Below are positions 1 to 13,507 of a stretch of DNA of 64,000 nt, one piece after another. The notes below the pieces were generated by a model that saw only the letters and a program-made list of their open reading frames with translations, was not told the DNA's origin and ran no database searches. Source of the DNA: Eledone cirrhosa (Eukaryota); the NCBI GenBank assembly GCA_964016885.1, contig OZ024742.1, positions 244,900,001 through 244,964,000 of the forward strand. Direction: 5' to 3'. Numbering within the stretch: position 1 is the first letter of the stretch; the number at the start of each line of letters is the position of its first letter. Both the position numbers and the translations under genes were made by a program.

Positions 1-109
1 CAAACTACACCCCGTCCCGCCACCACCCCCACCCCATCCACACCACCCCGTTCCATGTAAAGTTATGTTGGTATGTTGGTGCCGCGCCATCCAGGCCGAA
101 ACAAACGAG

Positions 110-362
110 ATCGTGTAGGTCTCACGACAAAAAAACACACAGTCCACGCTGTAATGTGGCCGTGTAGGCAACACGGTAAAAACCTCCCAGACCCACACTG
201 TAAATGTGGTTGGTGTTAGGAAGGGCATCCAACTGTAGAAAACCTGCCAGACAGTCCTATGCGAGCAAGACAATCACTCTTGCCTCAAGTGGGACTACCC
301 CCGTCCAAACCCATGCAAGCGTGGAACACGGACGTTAAACGTTGATGATGATGATGATGATG

Positions 363-364
<2 letters not shown>
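110..364 (+). mobile_element. Short non-autonomous RTE-related element (SINE-like) with (GAT)n tail
   Basis: Contains ggttggtgttaggaagggcatcc and ends cccgtccaaacccatgcaagcgtggaacacggacgttaaac(gat)n. Near-identical copies at 24715-24900 (+) and 45872-46105 (-). Tail resembles the 3' end of the RTE LINE at 5140-5190. Confidence 0.8.
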
Positions 365-420
<56 letters not shown>

Positions 421-1415
421 CTCATAGATAGGACAACACACTGTTTTTCGTGGGGGTAAGTTTTTACTAATTTTCGTATTTTGAAAGACCAAAATACAAC
501 ATTTTTGCTCATTGGACGCCTGGTAAATGTTTTGAAAAATGCTGTGGAAGCTACAGAAATATTCCATAAATTTTTCCAGAGCAATCTCTATTTAAAAATT
601 TTACATTTTTCGCTTACTTGTCCCCCATTGCAAAATGGCCATAAATTCAAATCTTGAAAAGAGAGGAAACGGGACAAGTGAACTATGAACTTGAACTTGA
701 TACATCTCACTGCCCCCTCCACCACAATAACGTCTACACTCGCTCCCCACCACCACCACATAAGACATTACCCTATCTACACTAAGACCTGTTGACAAAC
801 TGCTAACTCCTTTGTTGAATGTGTGTGTATATATATGTATGTGTGTGTATATATGTATGTATATATATATCTCAGTGGATGTGACCAGATTTCAACACAG
901 CAGCAACTACAGCACAGCAGCAACAACACCATCGTGTCTGTGTTGAATGTGTGTGTGTGTATGTATGTATGTATATATATAAATGTATGTGTCACACACG
1001 CGAAGCGAACACATTTCAACCCAGCGAATACAACAGCAGCAACAACACCATTGTCTGCAGCAGCAGCATCAGTGAAATGAACAACGGCAGCAACAAAAAC
1101 GACAACAACAACAACGAGCCACCACCCACCACCTACACCACCACACAATCACCACCACGATCCACCACCATCACTGGCATCATCCACCACCATCACTGGC
1201 ATCATCCACCACCACCACCATCACTACCTTCACTGTCATTATCCACCACCACAACCATCACCATCACTGACACTATCCACCACCTTCACCACCACCATCA
1301 CTGGCACCATCCACCAGCACCACCATCACCATCAGACACTATCCACCACCACCGACACCATCCATCACCATCCACCACCACCACTATCACCAGCGATCAG
1401 GCCTTAAAAACAACT

Positions 1416-1603
1416 ATAATAATTGTTTCTACTTTTGGCACAAGGCCAGCCATTATCCCAGTGTATTACTGGTACGTTATTTTATCGACCCTGTAAGGAT
1501 GAAAGGCAAAGTTAACCTCGGCGGGATTTGAACTCAGAATGGCAAGAGCCGTAACTCTATGCGCCAAAGCATGGCGTCCGACACTCTACCGATACTGCCA
1601 ATT
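1416..1603 (-). mobile_element. tRNA-derived SINE, major family (Meta/MESC-like central domain)
   Basis: Minus strand has A-box-like TGGCAGTATCGG, B-box GAGTTCAAATCC and a central cctttcatcct..ggggtcgataaaataaagtaccag motif. The family recurs more than 20 times in the window. Confidence 0.85.
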
Positions 1604-1800
1604 ACTAAATAGCTATTTTGTTCTTGGCACGGGGCAGCGATTGTCCCAGCGTATTGCTGGTGCCTTGTTTTTTGAGGCCTGGAGAGTGGAGAGCCGTTGC
1701 TCTTTGCTGTAAAGCAAACAATTATTGTTATTATTATATAAAAACTGAACTGGAAAAGTCAACAGTTGACATGATTTTGATTTTGTATCAGTACTGCCGG

Positions 1801-1853
<53 letters not shown>

Positions 1854-1969
1854 GTGTGTGTGAGTGGTGTGTGTTTGTATGCATGAGTGTTGGTGTGTCA
1901 GTGGTGTGTATGTTTGTAGTTTGTATGCATGAGTGTGTGTGCCGTGAGTGTCAATAAGTGGGTTTTTTA

Positions 1970-4900
1970 TTCTTATGACCATGCTGTAAAATGGAGGGGT
2001 AGAGAGGGCCCTTGAGTCTAGTAAGATATCCTCTCTAGTGCTGGTGGCACAAATGAAAACATCTAGTCCATGCTGTAAAGTGGCGCTGGTGTTAGGAAGG
2101 GCATCCAACCAGTGTATCAATGCCAAAACGATTATTAGCACAACAACAAGTATATAGGAACAACAAAATATGAAGACGTCGCATCTCAGAGTTGCAACAC
2201 TTAATGTTGGCACTCTCAGGGGTAGATCTGCTGAAATAGCGGAGATGCTGGAGAGAAGGCATGTGGATGTGTGCTGCGTGCAAGAGGTGAGATGGAGAGG
2301 TACCACTGCGAGACTAGTCGTAGGCAAACATCTTAGCTATAAGCTTTTCTGGGTAGGTAAGGATGATGGGTTAGGGGGAGTAGGCATTTTCCTGGCTGAG
2401 AGATGAATCAATTACACAATAGAGGTAGTTCGAGTCAGTAATCGAATAATTAAGCTAAGATTAGGAGACTACTGACAATCATCTCTGCCTATGCTCCCCA
2501 AGCAGGCCTAGGTAAAGAAGAGAAAGACTGCTTTTTACGAGCAACTTTTACAAACAACCGCAATGACAGAGGACGGAGACATCGTTATGCTAGCAGAGGA
2601 CTTCAATGGCCATGTTGGACAGCTCCAGGATGGTTACACTGGGGTACATGGTGGGCACAGTTACGGCTCAAGAAATGAAGGAGTGAGACTTCTTGAATTT
2701 TGTGATGCAAGTATACTGACTATTTGCAACACTAACTTCCAGAAACCTGCCAACCACCTAATAATCTACAAATCTGGCGAGCACATAAGCCAGATTGACT
2801 TCTTACTAGTTAGGCAGTGGGACAGGCAGATAGTGTCTAATACCAAGGCATACTCTGGGGAAGAATGTACCCCACAGCATAGGTTAGTCGTTAGTGATAT
2901 CTCAGTAAGCAAGAGTTGGAATGAGACATACAGGAAGGTGTGGAGAAGAAAGGTCTGTAAGCTAAAAGACCTTTCACTAAAATACAAATTTTGGAAAGCC
3001 CTTCAAGATGTGTATAACGAAAAAAAAGACGATTTAGAGACGTATGACATAGATAATAACTGGTATTTCTTATGTGACACTTTATTGCAGGCTTCCGATG
3101 AAACTTGTGGCTGGAGCAGAGCTCCAACCAGACAGAGAGTGACCTGGTGGTGGAACAGCACAGTAGATAAGGCTATTAGAGACAAAAGACTAGCATGGAA
3201 GGCTTGGAAAAAGGGTGGGAGTAGAGAAGGATATACAGCTGCTAAGTGAGAAGCTAGACATCATGTGTACTTAGCACGCAGGGAGGCTGAGAGGAGGAGG
3301 TTTGTCAGTGTTCTGCGACGGGAAGATCAGAGGTGTGTGGTGTTCCACATTGCAAGGCAGTGTGTCAATACAAATCAGGATGTTGTTGGAGATAAATGTG
3401 TCCGGATTGATGCCGGTGTACTTTGTGTCACGAATTATCAGAAAAGGGAGGCCTGGAATTGACATTATGAGAGACTGATGAATGTGGAGAACCAATGGGA
3501 GAGAGATAAATTACCCTCAGTAGATCCAACAGAGGGACCAGCTATTGAGATTGATAGGGTCCAAGAGGCAATTAAGGAAATGAAAAATGGTAAGGCTGCT
3601 GGACAGTCGGGGATAGTTGCTGAGATGCTGAAGGCATCGGGGACATAGGCACTAAACTGGTTGCACGCATCATCAATCAGGCTATATATGGTGGTGTCAT
3701 ACCTAAAGACTGGTGCAGCAGTATTCTCATAAATTGCTACAAAGGTAAAGAGGATGCTCTGGAGAAGAGCGATTATAGGGGTATAAAACTGATGGATCAG
3801 GTTATAAAAGTGGGAGAAAGGATATTAGCACAACTAATTAGAGAAAGGGTCAAACTAGATGAGATGCAGTTTGGTTTTGTGCCTGGGAAGAGTACAATAG
3901 ATGCCCTCTTCTTGGTGAGACAATTACAGAGAGGTTCTTAGAGAAGAATAAGCCACTATAGGCCTTTGAATAAGCCTTTGATAGGGTACCCCGACCTGTC
4001 ATCTGGTGGTCCCTAGGAAACTAGGTGTTGAGGAATGGCTTGTGAGGACAGTGTTAACTTTGTACAGAGGTACTCTCAGTAAAGTCAGGGTAGGAATGGA
4101 GTTTAGTGAGGAATTCCAGATACAAATAGGAGTACATCAAGGTTTGGTCCTCAGCTCACTCTTGTTCATTATAGTCCTACAAGCCATAATAGGGGAGTTT
4201 AAGACTGGCTGTCCATGGGAACTTCTCTATGCTGACGATCTGGTTCTTATAGCAGAATCAGTAGAGGAGCTGGAGAATAAATTCTGGCTATGGAAACAGC
4301 ATTTGGAAGCAAGAGGACTGAGTGAACCTAGCTAAGACAAAAGTGTTGATGAGTAGAAAAGAGGACAAAACTCTGATTCCGTCAGGGAAATGGCCATGTT
4401 CGATATGCAGAAAAGGAACTGGCATAATTCTATAAATGCACACAATGTAGTGGGATAGCAGGCAAACTAACAGGTAGAGAGAAATACGTAAGCAGTAGAT
4501 GTACAGGGAAATTAGACAGTAGAAGTCGCATTGATAGACACGTTTTTCATATGCAGGCGGGTGCTATAGAAGTGGTGGATAGCTTCCGGTACCTAGAAGA
4601 TCAGATTAGCATGGGAGGGGGGGGGGGGGTTCCGAGGCCATAGCATCTAGAATAAGGATGGGTTCGAAGAAATTTAGGGAGCTGCTTCCTCTGCTGACGA
4701 AGAAGGGTTTCTCTCTGCGTACGAAAGGCCGGTTATATGATGCCTGTGTGAGGAGCGTGATGCTGTATGGTAGTGAGACATGGGCAGCAACTGCAGAGGA
4801 TATACGACGGCTGGAGAGAAATGAGGCAAGCATGCTCCATTGTATGTGCAATGTCAATGTGCGTGAATGACCCAGCATGAATGTGTTGAGAGAGAAACTG

Positions 4901-5190
4901 TCTGAGAGGGATAGAATGTAGTGTGCGAGAGAGGAGACTGAGGTGGTATGGACATGTGATGCGCATGTAGGATGACCGATGGGTGAAGGAGTTCCAGGAA
5001 ATGCCAGTTGAAGGAAGACGTGGTAGAGATAGACCACAAAAAACATGGGCGGAGGTGGTGAGAACAGACCTCAGATCGCTGAAGCTCACGGTGGAGATGA
5101 CGAAGGACCGTGACAAGTGGAGAGATGCTGTGCTGAATAAGACCCGTCCCACCTTTGCAAGCAGGGAAAAGCGGACGTAAATTGATGATG
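1970..5190 (+). mobile_element. Near full-length decayed RTE-clade LINE (APE endonuclease + reverse transcriptase)
   Basis: APE motifs LRVATLNVGTL, VCCVQEVRW, DFNGHVG and QIDFLLV (2170-2900). RT motifs GVHQGLVLS and LLYADDL (4006-4335), then MLYGSETW and GRRGRDRPQKTW. Several stops and frameshifts; 3' end gcggacgtaaatt(gat)n. Confidence 0.95.
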
Positions 5191-6109
5191 ATATATGTAT
5201 GTATATGTATATATACATATATATAACTCGAAAGCAGAAATAATGGTAAAACAGCCAGCTGCTGTGATGATTGTAGCAAAGAGTCAGATTAAACAAATGC
5301 CTTTAATGAATAGAAGAGTGGTCAGAAAAAAGAGAGGTCAGAGAAAAAGAGAGAGAATGAAAGGAATAGAGTGCATATCATATGATGAGAGAGAGAAGAA
5401 AAGAGGGAATGACAGTGATAGTGTATTGTGTTGAAATGGAGAAGTAACAATGGGATAACAGTGGAGAAAAGCAAGGTTGAATAACATTAAAGACCTAACT
5501 ATAGTGTCAAATACCTCATCAGCTTCCTTCTAGCTCCATGATTTTGTGTGATAGGGAAGGATGATGTATTTTAGGCTAGCCTGTGCAACAGAATCAACAT
5601 TTCTGTTGATGTGAGATGTGTAGGCAGACAAGGTAAAAGAAAACAAAACATGAGTAAAGTAGAAAAACACAGGAGAGAGAGAGAGAGAAAATGAAAGGAA
5701 TAGAGCGTTTTGTTTAACCCAACTTGTTGCTATGATCACCATAGCAATCAGTTGTTTTACAGCTATTTCTACATTCTCTGAGATCCCTACAATGTTATGA
5801 AACATATACATACTCAATGCTGTAAATCATTTCCAATCATGTTGTTTACATACTTACAATGAGCCAGGGACAGATAACTCTTTGACTCTCTCTCTCTCTC
5901 TCTTGCTACACATCCTGACTATTGACCCTTCTGCTGTCATTAAGTATGGAATTTCACACGATGATGACTAAATTCATGTCCTGGGTACCAAATCCAACTT
6001 GAAATAGTTCCAAATTAGATCTGGCACCCAGGACATGAGCTTAATCTGCCGAAAACATTGTACAGTTTGATAGCTGACATACTTTGAACATTATTCTATA
6101 AAATAAATG

Positions 6110-6590
6110 CCATGGGTTAAGACAATCCTCTAATGCTAGTGATCTATGTCATAAAAGCACCCAGTACACACTGTAAAGTGGTTGGTGATAAGAAGGGCAT
6201 TTAGCTGTAGAAATGTTGCCAAACAAATTTTGGGAGGACTCTTCGCTTGTGTCAAGAACATGACAACCTCTCCTAGTGCTGGTGATCGACATGATAAAAG
6301 CACTCAGTACACTGTAAAGTGATTGATGTTAGGATGGGATCCAGCAATAAAAAGCTTACCAAAAAATAAAGGGTTGGGTCCCCCTTATTGTGTCAAAGAT
6401 ATGACAGCCTCTCTGCTGCTGGTGCTATGATAAAATGCACTTGGTAGAACATGGAATTGTTTGTATGAAAGGTTGCAATCACCCAGCCTGTGTGGGAGGT
6501 CAGTGGCCCGGCTTTAGTGCAGACTTGCTCTGTGAAGACCCGTCCAACACTTGCCAGTCGGGAAAGTGGATGTTAAATAATGATAACATT
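6110..6590 (+). mobile_element. Older RTE-related non-autonomous element with tandemly repeated 5' module
   Basis: About 2.5 diverged copies of ...taaaagcacccagtacacactgtaaagtggttggtg..aagggcat.., then an RTE-type tail gacccgtccaacacttgcca...ggatgttaaataatga. Confidence 0.65.
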
Positions 6591-6805
6591 GATTTTAAGG
6601 TACCTCGCTAAAAATTCTGTGTTAAGCTTATACCTACTGTATTGGTTGAGCCACCTTCCCAAACATAGGTTTTATTAGGGTTGTTATTATAGTCGGTAAC
6701 ATACAAAACACCTCAGTAAAACACACTCCTTGATGATTGTCCTTGAATTGTTTTACAATTATTATTATCTTATATCACCAGTAATGTATTAGTTAGATAC
6801 ATAAA

Positions 6806-7027
6806 CCCTTTAGCATTTACATTACTCTATATTTACTATTGTATTTTCACGGTAAACACTTTATTTCACATAATTATCTCGCATAATATCAAATCAAAGA
6901 GATTTTGATATTACTTATTTTGAGAACAAATACCGTAACATAAGTATCAGCAGCCGGTTATGGCTGGTTTGAACTGAAAGAGGTGAAAGAATTCTGACCA
7001 GATACATCCTGTTTAAATGCTAAAGGG
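6806..7027. mobile_element. piggyBac-type MITE
   Basis: Termini CCCTTTAGCATTTA ... TAAATGCTAAAGGG followed by TTAA (left flank TAAA). Same family at 11657-11869 and 19293-19725. Confidence 0.8.
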
Positions 7028-7155
7028 TTAAATAACTTTACCAAACTCAAGCTTTGATTGTAAATATTCTTAACTTGCTGGAGTCACAGTAAGAGGTACA
7101 CATCAGTTATTGAGAACTCTGTTCCACTTGCTTAACACTCAACAGTTAAGATTAG

Positions 7156-7419
7156 CATTTTATTCCTGCTTCTAGTTTTAGAGAAATTTATCAAGCCTAC
7201 ATTTTATTCCTGCTCCTAGTTTTAGAGAAATTTATCAAGCTTACATTTTATTCCTGCTCCTAGTTTTAGAGAAATTTATCAAGCCTACATTTTATTCCTG
7301 CTCCTAGTTTTAGAGAAATTTATCAAGCTTACATTTTATTCCTGCTCCTAGTTTTAGAGAAATTTATCAAGCGTACATTTTATTCACGCTCCTAATTTTA
7401 GAGAAATTTATTAAGCTTA
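7156..7419. repeat. Minisatellite, 44-bp unit x6
   Basis: cattttattcctgctcctagttttagagaaatttatcaagc(c/t)ta repeated head-to-tail without spacers. Confidence 0.95.
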
Positions 7420-8146
7420 AAAAGTAGACTTGTATGTTGTAATTTATTTTAAATGAGTAGACTGCTGTGTTTATATTGGTCAACTAACCTTTTGGTTAAT
7501 GGTTCATATTATGGACATACATAACATCAGTGAGAGCTGTTTATGCCCTTGGCCCAAGACACTTATCTCACCTTCAGTAAAATTTACACCTTTAAGCAGA
7601 TGTGTTATAGAATTGTGTGATATGTTTCACTTGCAGTGCCAACTTTGATTCCTTCATTTATTGAAGAGGAGATTTATCTCTAATCCAATTAATGCTACAG
7701 AAATTAAAGATAAGCAACAACAATTGATGATTTGGAAAAATATATTTATAATACTAATGCATTATAAAGAAGAAATACTAAAGAGAAGAGAAAAATTGTT
7801 TAATCAAGTCTTGGTATATTGGCTTCATAAATGAGATTATGTAGAATCAACATATATTGAAAACTGCAAAGACATACACCAGTCTATCTGAAAACAATAT
7901 AGCAACCAGCTTTATTTGACAAAAATATTTGATTTTCATCAGTCTTTTTACCATTCAATTCTTAGACACTCTAGTTACAAGGAAATCATATTATTTATTA
8001 GAAGTCTGCTTCATATTGGTGTAAATTGTTGAAATTAGTAAACAAAAAAGTTTAACTATAAAATATATCAATCAGAAAATATAGACAAATAAAAAATATA
8101 CATATGTTCATAGGTTTTGTATAGTTATAGGTATACAAACACAAGC

Positions 8147-8232
<86 letters not shown>

Positions 8233-9119
8233 CTTTTGACTTATCTACACACATATAAAGGTACACATATTAGCATCAACTCGTACACATAAACACAGCT
8301 TTTTTTTTTTTTCAATTGTGAAAAGGTGAGTAATTCTGTTCTAGTTGTTACTTCTGGCCAGCTGCCAGCCAGCTGCAGGCTCAGTGAACCAGCCCTTCAT
8401 TCCCAATACAATTTTCACCAACCCACAACATATCCCAGACAACCTCATCCTGTTTAAGTTGCATATCTCTCAAAACTATTTACCAATAAAAAAAAAAACT
8501 AAGAACTCTAACATGAACAACAAGCCTAATCATAATTGGCCAATTCTATTAAAACTATTAAACCCTTATTCTATATCTGCCTTCTTCATGTCTTGTCATT
8601 CATTCCAAATAATGTTACTCCAACTTCAGCCTTCTCTCACAACAAATAAACAATCTTTACAAACAAAAACGAAACTGGTATATAAAAGCAGACACCAAAT
8701 CAATAGTGATAATGCTGTTAATGGATGACAGTCAACTGACACTATGTAGATGATATAATGTAATTAGTTAATTACAGCTGCAGTTAAGAAATACTGTCCA
8801 TAAATTATTCTCACTTTAGAAACTATATCTGTAAATTTTCATTAAAAAAAAAAATTAAATTCCATTTTAATCCCTGCAATTAGTCAGTCCATATTACCCT
8901 AAAGGAAAAATTTCCAACCCTTCATTGATTTATTTGATTGATGCTATCAACGTGTGATGTAGGTGAATTGCTAATGTGTATGCATGTTTTGTTAATGTAT
9001 GCGCATGCTTTTATGTTATTTTTCTTTCATCAATGATGTATTGTTGTAATTGTTTTGTTGTCATATAGGATACTACTACAGTTGTATAATCCACACTAGA
9101 TTAACACTTGATTAGAATC

Positions 9120-9225
9120 CAGGTGAGAATTTCTGGAAGTCACCCATCACAGCATTAATCAGGTTTAGTGTTAGTGTAATTTCAGTAATCTGAGGGGAAC
9201 TACTGTTTATAATGCTAATTGCTAC
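9120..9225 (-). pseudogene. Degenerate 5S rRNA-derived sequence (pseudogene or SINE3 head)
   Basis: Minus strand aaacagtagttcccctcagattactgaaatta...cctgattaatgctgtgatgggtgac aligns by eye with the animal 5S core AAACACCGGTTCTCGTCCGATCACCGAAGTTA...CCTGGTTAGTACTTGGATGGGTGAC. Confidence 0.55.
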
Positions 9226-10095
9226 AACACATTTCCATCAACACTACTTCATATACATACATACATTCGTACATACATACATTCATACATACATACATAC
9301 TTACATGCATACATACATACATACATACATACATACATTCATGCATACTTACATGCAATATGATTATGATGCATTATAAATGCTGATTTATTTCAGAAAT
9401 TCAGACATAGAATTCAGTTATTGTGTGAAATATTACATTCTATCAATTAATAGTATAACATTTTTGTCATGTCTCCTTTCCTTTGATACAGTGTATCAAT
9501 TATTGAATTGCTATATCTGATTTTTATTTATTTAAAACATGTTGAGGAGAAGTAAACTAGTGAAACTGTATCTGTCTAACTGCATTCATAAATATCCCAC
9601 CCACCCCACCCCTTCCTATCTCATGTTTAGTTGAAACAGTCATGAGATTGCTATTAATTGTTATTGGTTCTTGGCCAGTCCTTTTCCGGCTAGTGGTCAA
9701 TACTGTTATGAATGAGTCATCAAATATAAATTACACATACAATCAATTAAAAAGATAATCCCTCAAAATTACAATTTATCTCTTTGTTTTATATATTTAA
9801 TAAAAGAAAAATTGTAATTTTTCACACATACAAAAAACAAAAACAGCAAAGAAACCCAGTTGCAATTTTATGAATAGAATTTCACAACCAGTAAATTATC
9901 AGAAATTTCTATCATATAGATTTTTTTTCCTCATTTCCTTTACTCTTTTACTGGTTTCAGACAGATTGTGGCCATACTGGAGCACCATGTTCAAGGGATT
10001 TACTTTATCATATGAACCTCAGCAATTATTTTTCAAGTCTGGTCCCAATTTTATTGATCCCTTTTTTTTTTTTAACTGCTAAACAGTAAACACAC

Positions 10096-10400
10096 ATGCA
10101 CCACACCACACTGCACCCCACCACACTGCACCCCACCGCACCACATTGCACCTCACCGCACCACACACTGCACCATACACTGCACCATGCACGCACCATA
10201 CACCGCACACACCAGACATCATGCACTGCACACACCACGCAACCTTACACACCATGCAATCTTACACACCACACACACCACGCACCACACACACTATGCA
10301 CCGCACCACACACCACACATAACCACACATACACCACCACCACACACCACCACCACGAATCACCTCACACCACCACTCACCTCCCCACACCACATGCACA
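10096..10400. repeat. CA/CAC-rich low-complexity repeat
   Basis: Degenerate cacac/cacca units. Confidence 0.9.
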
Positions 10401-10559
10401 CAGGGTTTTGCATGAACAATTTTGGTCTATCAAATTCTACTATCAAAACATTGGTTAATCCATGTAGGTCTACACAATGGGACTGAACCTGAAGCCCCAT
10501 GGTTGCAAAGCAAATTCCTTAACCACATAGCCATCAATTGAATCAATCAAGATCCCAGA

Positions 10560-10790
10560 CCTCACTTGCTTACCAAGGAAGGCAGAACTCATCAAATTGG
10601 ATCAAGGAAATAATGTTTTCTATTGGACATTCCATTGCTGATACTATCTATCGGTTGCAACTCCTGGCTGAAAGAGCAACGTAAAATAGTGTCTTGCTCA
10701 AGGACACAATGCATCGCTTGGTCTGGTAATCAAACTCAAAATCTTATGACTGCGAATTCAATTCCCTAACCACATAGCCATGCTTGCACC
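10560..10790 (-). mobile_element. tRNA-derived CORE-type SINE with distinct tail (second copy 30740-30970)
   Basis: Minus strand tggctatgtggttaggg...gagtttgatta...ccttgagcaagacac. The whole segment is shared with 30740-30970. Confidence 0.7.
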
Positions 10791-11656
10791 TATTTAAATG
10801 CATGTAAATACATTTTTCTATCACCGCTTAAAGCTACTGAGGATGTTATGGTGTGTTATTTAAAATTTTAAATCATCTGATATTGACTCTGTAGCATGTC
10901 TTAGCTCGACTTTTCTACTTTATTTACAACAATAACAACATATGTTTTAAGGTCTTTTTCCTCGCTAAAGTAGGTGTTAGCCTTGTGGGCCCCATGATAA
11001 GCTTCACACCCATTAGAGGGTCCTTTTTTAAGCACTGTTGTATGGCTGCACACCCTTCACAGCTCCAACCCTTTTAGTCCTCTCTTATGACTCACAGGGA
11101 AATGTAACTATTCTAAACTGGATACACATTACATTTTCTACTCTATCTACTGAAAAATTAAGTGAAATTTTATTTGTAAACCGTTTTCTCCCCTTTAAAA
11201 GGAAAACCATTACTAACTAAATCACTCAAGAAACAAGTATTACTTTACAAATCAGTTTTAGGTTTTAATCTTAACTTTAAAATTTATTGGTTTCATTATC
11301 AGTACTATTATAAGGTGTATGTGGCTCTGTATTTGTTGGAATTGAAAAATATCTACCAATAGTAGTAGTGTGATTAGGTATAATTAACAAATTAGTTTTC
11401 ACTAATAACTACTGTATGAAAGTAGAATTTCTGAATTTAAAGCTTCCTAGGCAGATGGAACTCTTAAACTGTTGTTTATAAAACATGAAGAAAAACCCCA
11501 TAAATGAATAAAAGCCAGAAACTTTCCCAAATAGCGCAGCTAAAATCCAAGAAAATCTGTTCATGCTTATTTGAGAATCTCATCACTCATGGAATTCTGT
11601 GATGAGAAGGGTGATACATCACTTGTTGGGTTATCTCTGGGAGAGATGTGTCTTAA

Positions 11657-11869
11657 CCCTTTAGCATTTAAACCAGCCATATCCGGCCAGAATTCTGTCA
11701 CCTCTTTCTCTTCAAACTTGCCATAACCGGTTGCTCATACTTATGTTAAAGTATTGTTTTCAAAATAAATATAAAAATCTCTTAAATTTGTTATGTGATA
11801 TAATTATGAGATAAAGCTTTTACTGTGAAAATACAATAGTAAATATAGAGAAATGTAAACGCTAAAGGG
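11657..11869. mobile_element. piggyBac-type MITE (opposite orientation to the 6806 copy)
   Basis: TTAA|CCCTTTAGC ... GCTAAAGGG|TTAA. Confidence 0.85.
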
Positions 11870-12099
11870 TTAAATAAGGCAGCATCTTCTAAAAAAAAAA
11901 AAAATGATTATAAAAAAAGTTCATATTGCCTACAAAATTATAAGTTAATTAAAACATTAACTACAATGAAACATATTTAAAGAAATCTCTAGTTAAAATT
12001 ATTCTAGTATTTGTAGTAGCAATTCCTAATCAAATTTAAGTGACAAAGTTATGGTTAGAAAAGGAGGGTAACATAGTTGGGTGGGACTAATACAAGTTA

Positions 12100-12768
12100 T
12101 TAATGATGGTTTCAGATTTAGGCACAAGGCCGACAATTTTTGGGAGAGAGAAAGTTGATTAAATCGACTCCAGTACATTACTGGTACTTTATTTTATCGA
12201 CCCAAAAGGATTAAAGGCAAAGTTAACCTCGGTGGGATTTGAACTCAGAATATAAAGGGACTTAACTATATGCCACAAAGCATGTTGTCTGATGCTCTAC
12301 CGATGATGTCAACCCACTGCCGCCCTTATAAGTTATTAATAATTGTTTTTACTTTAGGCACAAGGGCAGTAATTTGAAGGAGAGGGGAAAGTCGATTAAA
12401 TCGACACCAGTGTATTACTGGTACTTTATTTTATCAACCCAAAAGGATTAACGGTAAAGCTAACCTTAGTTGGATTTGCACTCAGAACGTAAAGGGACGC
12501 AATTCTATGCCGCAAAAGCATATTGTCCGATGTTCTACCGATGATGTCAATTGATCGCCGCCCTTATATATGTTAGTAATAATTGTTTCTACTTTTGGCA
12601 CAAGGCCAGCAATTATCCCAGTGCATTACTGGTACTTTATTTTATCGACCCCCGTAAGGATGAAAGGCAAAGTTAACCTCAGCGGGATTTGAACTCAGAC
12701 CGTAAAGGGACGTAACTCTATGCTACAAAGCACGGCGTCCGATCTTCTACCGATACTGCCAATCCACC
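12100..12768 (-). mobile_element. Three head-to-tail copies of the major tRNA-SINE
   Basis: Copies at about 12100-12325, 12337-12563 and 12577-12768. Confidence 0.85.
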
Positions 12769-13039
12769 AAATGAAAGTAAAATAAGTGTGATGAATATTT
12801 AATAGTGATTTGACTTATAATTCTTGACAGAAAGATTTCAGTGGGTTATGAAAGTTCATATTTATTGGAATCCTTCATTAGAGAATATCAGCAGCAGACA
12901 GTAATTATCAAAAGATATTGATAGAAAATGAATGACTACTGAAGATCAGCAACATTTAGATTGTAATAAAGATGACAGTTACTTCTATTTAAACTGATCA
13001 TCTGACATAAATATCACTGTGGTATCACAACCTTGTAGT

Positions 13040-13220
13040 GTAAGCACACACGCACATGCACAGATGCATGCATGGATGCACGCACGCACAAACACAACCC
13101 CATCATATGTAAGCACACACACACACATGCACACACAAGCATACACACAAACACACACACACACACACACACACAGATGCATGGATGCACACACACACAA
13201 ACACAACCCCATCATATGTA

Positions 13221-13261
<41 letters not shown>

Positions 13262-13440
13262 ACAAGTATACAAGCATACACACAAACACACACACACACA
13301 CAGATGCATGGATGCACACACACACACAAACACAACCCTCTCATATGTAAGCACAAACGTCCGCGCACGCACCACCACACTGACGCACCCACACAAGCAT
13401 ACACACAAACGCACACACACACGCACCCGCCACCACACTG

Positions 13441-13507
<67 letters not shown>

